Shown in pieces: positions 25,027 through 37,313 of a stretch of 64,000 bases of DNA. The stretch covers positions 62,001-126,000 of the forward strand of contig JAPEUD010000004.1 of assembly GCA_026026165.1 (NCBI GenBank), read 5' to 3'. Within the stretch, counting starts at the first letter, position 1; the number at the start of each line of letters is the position of its first letter. The DNA is from Sarea resinae. Taxonomy: Eukaryota. Under the pieces are notes generated by a model that had not been told where the DNA came from, searched no databases, and worked only from the letters and a program-made list of their open reading frames with translations. Both the position numbers and the translations under genes were made by a program.

Positions 25027-25250
25027 ATGCCCACCTCTTCAGAATGGGAAGATTGGAAGGAGTTCATACGTCATAGATATGTCACTGAGAACATGACTCT
25101 CAAGGCTATCAGAGACGAATTGGCGACATTGGGGTTTGAAGTAACGTAAGTTAACAAACAAAGCCGATAGACCTCAACTAACGTGTCAACTAAAGGTTCC
25201 CTATGCTTCAATACCGGGTTAACAAAGCCTGGGGAATACGGAAGACATGA
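25027..25250 (+). CDS. Clr5-domain-only microprotein, copy 2 (57 aa, or 71 aa from ATG 24985; 2 exons)
   Basis: MPTSSEWEDWKEFIRHRYVTENMTLKAIRDELATLGFEVT, phase-2 intron 25146-25195 (GTAAGT..ACTAAC..AAAG), then FPMLQYRVNKAWGIRKT*. Confidence 0.75.
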
Positions 25251-28205
25251 TGGCCAAAGAACCTGATATCATTGGCAAGCGGATCTTCGCCAATACAAGC
25301 AAGTAGCATGCTCCAGATGTTGGCTCTCCCGATGGATCAGCACTGTACCGATACTTGCACGTATGACAATGAATCTTCAGGCTATACTTCTAGGGGCTGA
25401 CGGTTTGAAGTAGCGTCGTTATCTTCCGCGCCATGGGCGCCCATCACTTGATGGATTTCCCTTGCTGTCTTCTAATAAGTCTTTTCGGACGAGGACATTG
25501 GGCTAAAGCTTTTGTAATAAGCAGAGGGGTTTCCTTTATCAGTTGGGCGTTGGAGCATAGAATGGCAATTCTCTGTTGTGTTTCATATTTAAATAATATT
25601 CAAATAACATTAATATCGGCGAGTCTGCCAGCGACAGCTCTCTTTACCGGCTTCTTAGCTCTTGAGCCAGGCCAAGAATAGATACAAGGGCCTTCAACCT
25701 CGACTTCGCTTTCAATATGGTGTGGACGGGTAACCCGGAGAAGGACCATTGATCTGGTATTTGCAGCGGGAAGGAAACTACGGGGAAGTACTATCAATCG
25801 CAAATTCAGTAGCGAGAAGGCACCGGATATTATTCATTGCAACTCCGTCAGTGTGAAAGGGGTGAATGAGGATGACGGATGCAGCCTACTGATTGCAGAA
25901 TCTGACGCAATATTGTTGCTCTAGGCAAGAAAAGTCTCGAGAAAATGCAGTGGCAGAATTGAGAGAGAGAGAGCGAGAATAAGTGCGATCGATGGCGCCG
26001 ATGCTCGTTTTGTCGTTGTACGTTGGAAATACCCGATTCGCCATTTTTACCTCGTTGTCAGATACCTCCACCTAACCAAGTATAAATATTCATTCGGTAA
26101 TTCAGTAAGTAGGAGGTAAGTTGCCACGCAGTCAGGCACATTAGCGTCATTAGCTACGTCCTTCTTACTCCAAGCAAGCTTTTGAGGTAATAGATCTTCG
26201 TGCTCTACTCGCATGTTTCTTCTTCGCTGCAATGGTTAGGTCCGTGGCTTAGCTCCTGCAAGAGCACGCCGAGCTGGAGCCTGGCGGAAGAAGGCGCCCT
26301 TCCCGACCATACAGCACAACTCTTCCGAGACGCCCTTTTGGTTGCCTCGGGGATGGGTGCCTATCAGATTGCAAATTCACAGGCATGCAATCGTTCTCAG
26401 CTTTAATTTTATTTCCTGCCGCACTCATCAACTTTAGTGTCCTGCTCCGCTGAGATGACACGACCCTAGTACTATCAATCTCAAACATAATAATTCTCGG
26501 ATTTCAGACACGACTGTTACTTTGGGGCAGACATGGGGCTTGTTGGCGTCTCATGATTTCATGAGGAGCAGTACAGTTGACGCACTGGGCGTATTGTATC
26601 TCGTTCTACTACGCCGATCGAAGAAAGGACAAAACTCGGGAGCTTTGACCCCCTCTCGACGTATCCTGAGAAAGGACAAAAATCGATCAGACGATATTAC
26701 TGCCCGAGAGTGGGCTTTCACCGCTCAAAAGGTAGCCCTAGCTACAATGCAACAGCGATCTCGGCCTCGATCTCGGCCTGCTTCTCGGTCTTAGGAGCTA
26801 TGCCCTCGTATGTCTGGCTGCCAAGATTTGATATCCAGAAGAGAATTAGTGATGACAGGCATGTGCCCATCGTGGAAATGGCAATTCTGTATTATAAAGT
26901 ATGTACAATAGCCCGCCACCCGCGATGAATCAATGGGTGACTAGGTATCTACCGTTCGCTGCAGGGAAGACAGCTGTTGGCATCTGATGAACTACCAGAG
27001 AGATGCTTGGGCCGTGGGACTGGGACCTGATCATTATTGTTCGACTTCTGACGGAACGCCATTGGCAGTGGCCCTGAATTTTCCTTTGGACACGTTCGAA
27101 TTTTTGAGGCTTGCGTGCACTCTTGAATTTGACGTCGTGCGTTGTGCATGACACCAGTACGGCCATGAAACAGGCTGTCGATCGTCCAATCAAACGGCCA
27201 GCTCTCTCTAGTTTGGTGTGGCATCTTTCATACTCATTGGAGAATTGGATGGGCTGAGGGTCTGAGCAAAAGAATGCTATTCGGCGTTTACTGAGAGCTG
27301 CATTGGTGAAAGGCTGTGCTGTGTTTCATGTCGCAACTCACACATTTCATTTCGCGCCCTCGTGCGGCACAGCTGCACAGCTACACAGCCGTCCCGACCA
27401 CCAGGCAACGATGAGAGGGCCGGCACGACCCAGTACCGCCGTCACAAGTCCACTAAACCCTGTCTGAGATTTCCGCAAACAGATTTGGGAAGCGTCGAAA
27501 GGAGATTATTCTGTCTTGTTCTGTGCTCATTAGCCTTTAGCAGGGCCGTGGGGCTTGCAGAACAAGCCACCAGCAACATTGCTCTCACCTAGCTACATAC
27601 GTAAGAAGCAGGTTGACTTCCAATTCTATACAGGGGTAGAAGCAGGCTGCTATGCAAGGTACTCAACCATTATTGTTGCGGTGACTAGGTCATTTGATAG
27701 TCTCTTGAGTCTTCAGCCTCGATTCAGAGGCCAGCGTCAAGAGAGTCGGTTGCCTTGGTCGCCTAGATTGCCTCGTAGAACTTCTGCCTTGTCTCTAAGA
27801 GCAGAAGAGAATGTCTGTCACTGCTACCTACCTGCCTACCTGCCTTTCTACTTTACTCACTGGTCTATTTTACTCACTGCTCTACTGGGACGGTCCTGCC
27901 GGCAAGTCGACACCGCATTCATCCCTGTCTTTGTCTCCATAATTTGACCATCTCGAAATTTGCACGCTGGATTGACAGCCACATTGTTCATTTTGTACGG
28001 TGTTCACTACTACGAGCAACCAGTGCCAACAGTCAACGTATTTCTCATATGAGCCTTCAGCCATGTCATAATCATGGCATGTGTTTATAAGGAGAACGTA
28101 CTGTTATCAAAATGTCTTTCACGTCCCTAGGAGTCAACGAATTGGCTGGCTGCCTGGAGACCAATACCCAACCCGACCACTTAGGGTTACACACCTTTTC
28201 TGGCT

Positions 28206-28518
28206 ATGGTCCTTAATTCAGCCGAGGAAGCTGAGCTCGAGGAGCTGAAGGAGACAGTGACCTACTTGTATCTCACGACGAGCTTAAGGGAGACCAAAGA
28301 TAGACTGGCTGCCAGGGGTGTATTGGTATCGTACGTCTTTGCACTTCAAGATGCCATCTTAAGAAGCTCTGCTGACGCAAACTTTTAGCAAAAGGCAACT
28401 CAAGTATCGACTCAATAAAAAGTGGAAGGTGTTGAAACGGCCGCAAGGCCCTCCACAAGTTATAGATCCGGCGACCGAGGCTGGGCTGCAGCATCAGGGC
28501 CAGGGACATGATTCGTGA
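28206..28518 (+). CDS. Clr5-domain protein, copy 3 (84 aa minimal model; may extend by further splicing to about 29197)
   Basis: MVLNSAEEAELEELKETVTYLYLTTSLRETKDRLAARGVLVS, phase-2 intron 28331-28388 (GTACGT..GCTGAC..TTTAG), then KRQLKYRLNKKWKVLKRPQG..HDS*. A GTGAGT donor overlaps the stop codon. Confidence 0.65.
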
Positions 28519-31064
28519 GTAGAGACGACGGAACACCACCATTGGCTTTAGACTGATAGATGAATTTACGTTGTCAAAGATCTCGGGCTACAAGTGTTTC
28601 AGACGATAGCTCCTTGGGAGAAGAAGAACAGTGTGTCTATTCCTTCAGCTTGGCCCTGCTTCTGACTAATAGCTGCAGTCCTCCTTCCTTCCCGGGCCTT
28701 TCGCCATCTTTGCAACAAGAAGAGAAGTATGGGGGGACCCGCACGAGACCTAAGGTATTGGGAATAAGCACTGATTAATCTCGGCAGTACTCCTAGTATA
28801 AGCAACGCGTATGGGGCCATTGAGTTACCTACTGTCAACCAGTAAGTGTAGCCAACTCTCTCGAATTTTATCACTGTTAAAAAGTTGCAGAGAAACCTCA
28901 AACTCGCTCGGATCATGGCCTTCTTTCGGCAGTGATGGTCATAGACCTCTTATGATGGAGTCACTCAACTACAATGACTATCACGGCGGATACGAGCCCT
29001 ATTTCCCCAGTCCTATACCGGCTACGAACTACAATGTTGGACTTGATGAGTCAATCACTCAGGAAAACATCATGATTGATCCCGAATTGAGATTGCTTGA
29101 TCAAATGTTTCCTCGCCTTCCAGCCTCGGAGCCTGTGAGCACAGAACAGGACAGACCGGGCTCGAAGGATGTCAATTGCTCTAGCAGTCGCGCCTAGTAA
29201 GCAGATTTCTCCTTTGAAAAAGCCTTGAAGTATAGTCCTAATGAATTTTAATGTCCTAGACTCTAGCCTGGACGACGTCACTGCCAGTGCGCCAACGGTC
29301 GTATCAGCCCATCCATGCCTTGGCATTTGACTAAATGTCCTTCAAAATCAATGCTCCTACTACTATTTCATCTGTGGGATACTGTTACAGGCCCTATCGG
29401 ATCAATCATCTTTCCACTCGTTTGCGTCCATTTACACAGATGTTTTCGGCCTACAATTCGCAAGGCATTTGGGATTAATAGCAACATCTATAGATGAGAC
29501 TATAGAGACTTGTATCTTTCTTGCCTTCGCTGTTTACAGTGGCCCATGTTATTCATTTCTATACCGACCTAATCCTGTCACTTAAACGTTTTCTTTATCA
29601 TACAATGCAAGACTTATTAGACATTCAAGCTAAGGAAATTTCACCGTTTTAAAATGAAGGAGCAGCGACTAGACTGTCGTCGGCCAAGTGTTCTCAACTA
29701 CTATCCTAGAGAAGTTGGCTAGACCTTAGTAAAATTATAAAGATAAGTTTAGTTCTTGGTACTCAATTGCGGTTTTTAGCTTATTATATATTTGGCGCAC
29801 TAGAAAAAGAAATGTTATTGGAACAAGAATTTATAAGTTATGCTGGCGGCACTTTGCTAGACATCTGTTAGTTTGCTGGCTTAGCGCGCGCCTAGATCTC
29901 TTATTGCTGCCTATCTTGCAAGTGAGTTTCTATTGCGTGTCTACCGTTGTAGGATATGCACAGCTCTTTTATTAGGCAGCTTATTCTTATCAAATGTTCA
30001 GAGGCATACGTTGATAGCTGAAAGTTTGCGATGTAAAGTACGTCTACTAAAATGCAGAGATTTCTCTGCTTTGGGAGATTTTGATTTTTCTGTATGGCCT
30101 CCTTTCCTACAAACATCTCTTCCACCAAGTGTCAGCATGCCTGGGGTTGCTTTCGGATGCTATATACGGTAAGCTTGCATTTGCATTTCGAGGAAGTGGA
30201 CCCTAGCTTTCCACAAGATGATTAATCTGTGGGTGTTTCTGAACCTCCTAACAAAGATGGTGCAAGGATTCCAGCCACCCCCAGCGGGCTACCAGATTGC
30301 GCGGAAAGGCAGATAGATGGAATTCCAATGACCTGGATGCCAATACGGTTAGCGCGATGCAGCCAGATGGCCCCCAACGGCAAACGATCGGTCGCGCAGT
30401 GCACGTTCGGCAGGCAGGAGGTATGCTGCATCGCTGTAGACTGTCTGTCTTCCTGTTCCAGGCGTTTCGGCTGATGCATGATGCTGATCTCCATCTGTTG
30501 GGAGAGGAACACATGAGATGCAGCGGTCCCGCGTGCAAGGTTGGGAGAATGACAACTGACGGATTGATGTTAGGAACGGTCTCACCTGCAAGAGTCTTCT
30601 TTCGGCCGTGTTGAAGTCGTGCCAGTCAGACCATATATACAAGCGTTCTCAAAATCTGGTATAGGGGGGAGAAGGACAGGCATTCAGAGCCAAATGAAAG
30701 TCTGAGACGTATTGATTGCTTTCGGCGCCTAAGATCCCTGTGTGGGGAGTCAGCTATCGCGTTGACCAAGCACCGCAGTATTCTATCGACTACCTACCTG
30801 CCTTCTGTATGAAGGAGTTGGTAATTCAGACATTGGCGGCACCACTAGGACCAAAGTGGACCGGACCCACTGGATTTCGACTCTTAAAGACCATGCGCAT
30901 GAGACCCGCGGCAGACGCGCGACATGTCCCATGGGCGTGACAGAATTGCTTATGATTCGATCAGGGCTCCGTTGGCACTCAACATTGCCTCTTACAGTAG
31001 CGTGTGATGGGGATTGCTTGGGACCTTCCACTAAGCCTACTCTAGCCGAATCGAGATCTATTGC

Positions 31065-31108
31065 GCCCTGCGGGCCCTGCGGGCCCTGCGGGCCCTGCGG
31101 GCCCTGCG
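31065..31108. repeat. 9-bp minisatellite (GCCCTGCGG), about 5 copies
   Basis: Tandem copies read directly from the sequence. Confidence 0.9.
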
Positions 31109-32500
31109 TCCGCCTCTTGGGCACGGCACGGCACGACAACAGTGCTCTTCTCTGGGATCTTAGGTTCTGCTGGACACTCTAATAAAGAGACGGCGGATAC
31201 TAGTGCGGGCATCGAGAATTGAGACCCTACTCATCTTGGCTTTTCGTCATGTCCCAAGCTGTCGGGTTTTATGCGTCTCGACTCTCGACCCGCGGGGCGG
31301 CAGAGACGGAAACCAGGGTCCTCTGGCATCCACATCTGAATCGCCGAGCCAGCGCCCCCTTTCCACCCGATTGAAAGATGTCAGGTCCAGAAACGTCGTG
31401 TCGGAGGTTCCCGAAGCCCCATGGTAGGAACCCACGCCTCATTCCCGGAGATGTGGTCTCCTACCATATATCCAGTCCGTTATCGATATCACTCTCGGCG
31501 GAGAAATGAGAGTCCTCTTTCCTCAATGGGACTGATCATACGGCGTTACGCGAAGAGCTTGCCGTACTCCGAGATTCTCCAAATAGTGCCCCCGTCAGCA
31601 AGCCATGCTACGGCCGAGCATGGGCGAGCTGCCTTGAGCCATTCCACAAGGTGTTTCTCATCAATCCCAGCCAGCTGGAAATAATGGACAGCATTAGCGC
31701 CCTCCCCTCCCTCAGGCGTGCATTCGATCCAACATGGCGGGGTCTTTTCGGGACTGACCGCCTTGTTACATCTTATGCCGATTGACCCAGGCATTTGGCA
31801 TGGCCAGTAGTGACGTAGCGGTGTAGCCTGCAAGTCCTCTCAGATCACCATGGGCCGTTCACAATTGCTCCTATGGTTTTATCTTACATGGCATCATGCT
31901 CTGCCGAATGATGAGCACGGTCTGTTTCTACTGTCGCGAGGGGGGCTTCATTTGACTATACACATGCATCGTCGATGACGATTCGCGAGTAGTCGGCGCT
32001 GTGAATGAGCAGATGTGCCATATAGGAGCGATGATTCCATCAGAACGGCACAGTAAAGTCTGGAAGGTGATAAAGATTCCTCAGCCGGTCTGGAAGTGCG
32101 TCGTCCATCTTCTTCACAGTCTTCCAGCAGCAGTGTGCCTGACATGGATCCTCCGTACCTACCTTACCTTACGCTGTCTCCCCTCCCACGGGTGAAGTAG
32201 GGCAAGTCCATGTACCTCAGATAGCTGGTAGGTCGGGCGATTACTCCAGAGTCGAATGCACGGCCATTGCAATCGTTCAGCATGATACCTAAGGGAGTAG
32301 CCGAATTACATACTATGTAGTAGTCCCTTCGACAGCGGCACTCTGGCTCTCGGTACGCAGACCCAGACCCAGACCCAGACCGAGCGCCTCACCGATTAAA
32401 TCCGAGATCTATCCATGGCTCAGGTATGTGCCTACCAGACCCCACGGTAAATGACGATGCTATTACGACCAGGGACTATGGCAGATGCAGATGATGACCT

Positions 32501-32501
<1 letters not shown>

Positions 32502-32556
<55 letters not shown>
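32502..32556. repeat. (GAT)n microsatellite, about 18 copies
   Basis: Read directly from the sequence. Confidence 0.95.
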
Positions 32557-32559
<3 letters not shown>

Positions 32560-33940
32560 CGATGGGCGGGATCCATGGGTGGAGCGTCTCAGGCAAAGAT
32601 GCCGTCGCGTCCACTCGAGTTGGTGCTCCACCGACCGAGGACCTTATCTTGGGTCTTCGTACCTGAGGTAGTGTACTGGTGTACGAAGTGACAAGGCGAT
32701 GCAACGTCCTGCTCGACGCCCTGGACGGTCAAGCGTCCATGTCTGGGCTGGCGGATTGCGCCAACGGGCGCCTGATTATTCCCGACATGGCCAAACCGTG
32801 CATGGCTCTGGCTCTGGCTCTGGCTCTGCCTCATTTCCCGCCCACGATGATCGACCACACCCAGCGCGAAGGATCGTTCCTGGAAGGAGGCATCGAGCGA
32901 AGGATCCATGAATGTCTGCCTACCTTGCCTACCGCATCGAGTTGGCCGGGGCCAATCCCTCGCAGTAGCTTCGCATCCTCGCTCTTTCGCATCGGAGACC
33001 CGGCGTTAAGATAATAATGAGGCGACCGACTCCAGCTGCTACGCTGTACGGAGTACAGTAGCCAGACTACGGGGGATCCCCGTCCCTGTCCCTTCTGCGT
33101 AGAGTACGGGACCGACTGGGAGTGTGTGGTGGGGGTCAGCTCAGCGCGTACTCCGACTCCACTGCTCTCCACCCCTCTCCGCTCTCCACTCTCTTACCAA
33201 GCTCGCACGGGCTGCTAGCATTCCGCCCGTCTAGTTTGTCCTTTTCGTACATTGTTACTCACGACGCCTCTTCGCCCATCGTGAGTGGATAGAAGAGGCT
33301 CCAGCCAGTCTGGATATATTACTCCACCCTTCGCGACCATGCTACTGCTTACTCGTGCGACTGCCTGCTGTATACCCATCCCAGAAACCATATCGTCGGG
33401 TCCTTTCCAGCTGTCTCGGATTCTCCCAACTCCATATGTCTGGGTCTTCGCACGCGGCCCTGTGAGGTGGTCCCAGCGCATAGTCATCTCTCATCTTCCC
33501 CTCTATCTTTGTGTCTCCTCGCTTCACGACATCTGGTTTGGTGCGACGTAGCTACCGTTCAGCTGGGAGGGCCAGGACGCCAAGCTGGGAACGCCACGAA
33601 GAGAAGATCGAAAGATCAAGATCCGGTGCCGCGGTGCTGGGTGTTGGGTGGTTCCCGCCGAGGAAAGCTGCATAAATCAGGCCTCCAGTCCAACTCGGGC
33701 AGACGGACCGCCGCGGGGGCAAACACGGTGCGAGCCAGCCTAAGCAGGTCGACTCTTTTGCCCTGGTGGAGGCACGACTCAACGAGCGGTGTGGTGCAGA
33801 GTGCACGGCAACGCAAGCGGGACCACCTTTGCCCTTTTTTTGCTACTTATTTTTTGCCTTGCCCGCATTATTCAGTCCTCATGCTTTGATTGGGCCATTC
33901 TTCTGCAAATACGAGTATCCGAGCGAGTCTGAGCGTCAGC

Positions 33941-35130
33941 ATGGTGGAACGGATCGACGAGGACGAATGGGAAGGGCGGAAGGAGGTCATTCGACGTATG
34001 TACGTCGAGGAGGACAGGAAGCTGTCAGCGATAATGAAAGTGTTGGCGGCGCCGCCATCGTTCAATCCGACGTGAGATATTCCATTCTCTTTGTTTGATA
34101 TGGGTATTCCGGCATGACATTTGGCACGCGGCGTGCACACCTTGACTGATGCTGATATGCTTCCTATGCGCTTTCCAGTGTGTCGCAATACAAGACTCGT
34201 TTGAGACATTGGGGCTTCAAAAAGGATAGGGCCGGCGCGGATGGCATGACGAATTCCGAAAAAGCTAAAGAGCGAAAGCATGCACCGCCTATTCGACACA
34301 ATGGTCACGGAGAGATAGCGGGCAGCTGTTCTCAACAGCCAACACTCGACTCCTACAAAGAGTGAGATTCGACATCCTCATGAGAGCTGTGATGGAAGGC
34401 TGACCGATTCTCGCATAACAGCACCGACTCCTCTACTACCACAAACTACAGCGTCGGCAATGAGATCGCAGGCAACAGTACTATAGACGCAGCGGCATCC
34501 TTCTCCAACCTCCAAACTGACACGGATATCTCGAGCGTTTACGACCCTATGCTTCCGCAGCCCTCGCCATCACCTCAACAGATACCCTCCGACCATCTCA
34601 CAATCATTCCGACGTCCTCTCTACTACTCTACCCCTCATCGACGGCCTCCCACTCACTATCAGCGGCTGCATCGATCATGTCCACGTCCACAAACGCAAC
34701 AACCTCAACTATAACCGCTCCTGCAACCGCAACCACACTTTCCCCTTCCGGACTGACCTCTCCGTCGACTATAGCCGCGACCACAACTCCAACAACGAAC
34801 CCCATAGACGCAATCAATACCACACAACAGCATCCCGCATCACCTTCAGCGCCGCCTCCACCGAATCCATGCCCAGCCATAACCATCATTCCGGATCAGA
34901 CCATTGACCCCGACGTCGACTCTAGCCCCACCAGATTGGAAGCCGAAGCCAAAGCCGAAGCCGAAGTACATGAGTGCGTCATCAAACGCATGAAAGCCAC
35001 GTACAAATCTCGCTATGACGTCCCGCATCCATCGGCCAATAAAGCCAGGGTTCACAAACCCGTGTGCATCCATCGCGCGAGGAAGAATATGCCGAATCCC
35101 CACCCAGGCGTGCATGCTATGGGGAATTAA
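33941..35130 (+). CDS. Clr5-domain protein, copy 4 (about 340 aa, 3 exons, Ser/Thr/Pro-rich tail)
   Basis: MVERIDEDEWEGRKEVIRRMYVEEDRKLSAIMKVLAAPPSFNPT, phase-2 intron 34072-34178, then VSQYKTRLRHWGFKK. A second intron at 34362-34421 splices in frame into ORF 34549-35130. The 3' end is uncertain. Confidence 0.8.
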
Positions 35131-36230
35131 ACCAGAGAGGGAAGACGCGGATATAGGGTAGGCTTAGGTATTGTCTGGCTAGGAGGTAATTGCGAAGGAA
35201 TGCCCAGATGCCTTTGGCGAGTGGGGTGGACTGAGGCCATCGGTCACCGAAGGGATGGATTGGTAGACGACGACAACGGCGCTGGAAGGAGTTGCACTTC
35301 GATGCTGTGCGGGCTCCTAACGTCAGCTCACATCCATCCTCGAGGTGTTGATGGGAGCAGTCGACCGACCCTACGTCCGCCGTCTTCTCTCCCTTCATCA
35401 AGCATGCCGGAGTCACTTTCATCATGCATCCCATACTACCTCTTCCGCCACACACGTCCGACGTCGCCAGACCTGAACATTCCAACTGGTCACTCTCAGC
35501 ACTTTCTGTGCACACGCCTCTGGTCTTTTTCCCTTGCCTGTCCCACGATCTGGAAGAGCGTGCTGGAAGCGCGGCTCATGCGCCTCCAGGGACCACTGAA
35601 GGGGCAGGCCTTTAAACTTTTTTCTCCAGGTCTCAATGCCTCAACAGAGACTGTTCTCTTTATTTCCATGCCATTATAAGAGCAAGTGAGCGAGCGAGCA
35701 AGCGCTTCCGGAATTTCTGTCGCCTTGTCATAGATATTTTTTTTCTCTTCTCTAAGCGAGCGAGCCCGGAGGTCCAGTCTTTGGCGGGCATTTGTGAAAG
35801 TTTTAATTTTTATTAGCGATGGGCGATGGGCGATGAGCGATGGATGGGCCAAGGATGGATGGATAGATGGATAGATGAAACGGACGAACCACGGAAGATC
35901 CACGGATGGATCCAGTCAAGGATGACTTTAATAGGTAATCAGCGCACTGCTCCGCGCACCGCGCACCGCGCACCACCCGGCAGACCGCACATGTTTTGGG
36001 AAATGTCTTTTGAAAGTAATGTGTCTCAGATGTGCTTATTTTTTTGGACATGTTGTTATTACTCTATACCCTTCACGCAGCTGATCTCCTCGCTTATCGG
36101 GGATAATACATTGATATTGATATTATTGAGATCGATCTTGGTAAGGAAGAGATGGAGAGGATGATATTTGCCGTGTGCCGCCGTGAAGGAACAATGTATC
36201 TGATGTCGAAGTGGACGACCGCCCTGCGTT

Positions 36231-36305
36231 AGACGCGAGACAGACAGACAGAGACAGACAGAGACAGAGAGAGACAGAGAGAGAGAAAGAGAGAGAGAAG
36301 ACAGA
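36231..36305. repeat. Compound GACA/GA microsatellite
   Basis: Read directly from the sequence. A (TCAA)n run follows at about 36564-36587. Confidence 0.85.
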
Positions 36306-37313
36306 GGAACAAAACAAACGACTGAGAAAAAGGGGGTTGCAGTCTTGCGGTCTTAGGGTCTTGTAGATTTCTTTCTTTACTTCTTTTCTTTCTTTGTTCC
36401 CTTCGATCTTTCTTCCTCGCTCGCCAGGCCCTGCCCTGGTCGTTGATAGGGTTATACAATAGAGATCTCTACATCCGACAATCCTACCACCCTGGAAGAA
36501 ATCAACCAATCCACCTAATTCTAAAAAGATCCTTGAACCCTCAAACGAGTTCAAGAACAGGAAATCAATCAATCAATCAATCAATCAAACAACCAGCTAA
36601 TCAAATATCAACAACGTTCCCGAAACGAAATCAATTAATCGATGTAGTAACGCCCCGCTTTGCCCTGCCCACTGCTCTGCTTTTCTAATCCTACAAGTAC
36701 CTACCTATCTACCCACGTGGGATCCTCCGAGGAAGTCAATAAGCGCGTTCAAACAGGACAGACAGACTTTCAAAGGAGCGCGGGAAAAAATCTTAAGCAA
36801 GGAAGAGTTGAAAGGAACTTTCTCTCTTAGAGTGGTGGCTTTATCTCTCGAGACGTACTAGATAGGAGGGAAGAAAGTAGACTATAGAGCTTGCCTCCCC
36901 GTAACCGTTCTAGGTGCGTCATGCATGTCTTATCCTCAAATCTCAGGGAGATGATCATAATACTTTAGAAGCTTTCCCTCCCTCTGTCACGAAAGGAGTA
37001 ATATAGATGAAAAATCTCTTGATTCTCTGACTAATTTCTTCGCGTTCCAAGACACTATCTAGAGTAGATTTGTTTTCATGGCCATTCCACCTATTCTTCT
37101 AGTATTGCTTCCGTAATTGGCATCACTTTCATTTTACCCTTTTCTGCATTGTTCGAAGCGCTGGCTTGCGCATATGGTCTTCGTCCATGTATCGACAGAT
37201 GATGACAACCACGATCTCGAGTCTCTGCACGGGCTATTGAAACTCTCCGATGAGACGCGCATCGGCATGAAAGACGCAAACGACGCCTCTCCTCGTAGCA
37301 CATCTACCCCAGC

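Noticed and set aside
30783..31182. Collagen-like GPQ and metallothionein-like CGP repeats
   Set aside because: Produced by a 9-bp minisatellite of about five copies; the flanking translation is not protein-like.
31200..31833. Minus-strand protein-like phrases (HLVEWLKAAR, DNGLDIW, GFLPWGF)
   Set aside because: Fragmented across frames and not assignable to any family.
32432..32704. Poly-His and poly-Asp ORFs on opposite strands
   Set aside because: Both are translations of the (GAT)n microsatellite, with no other coding signal.
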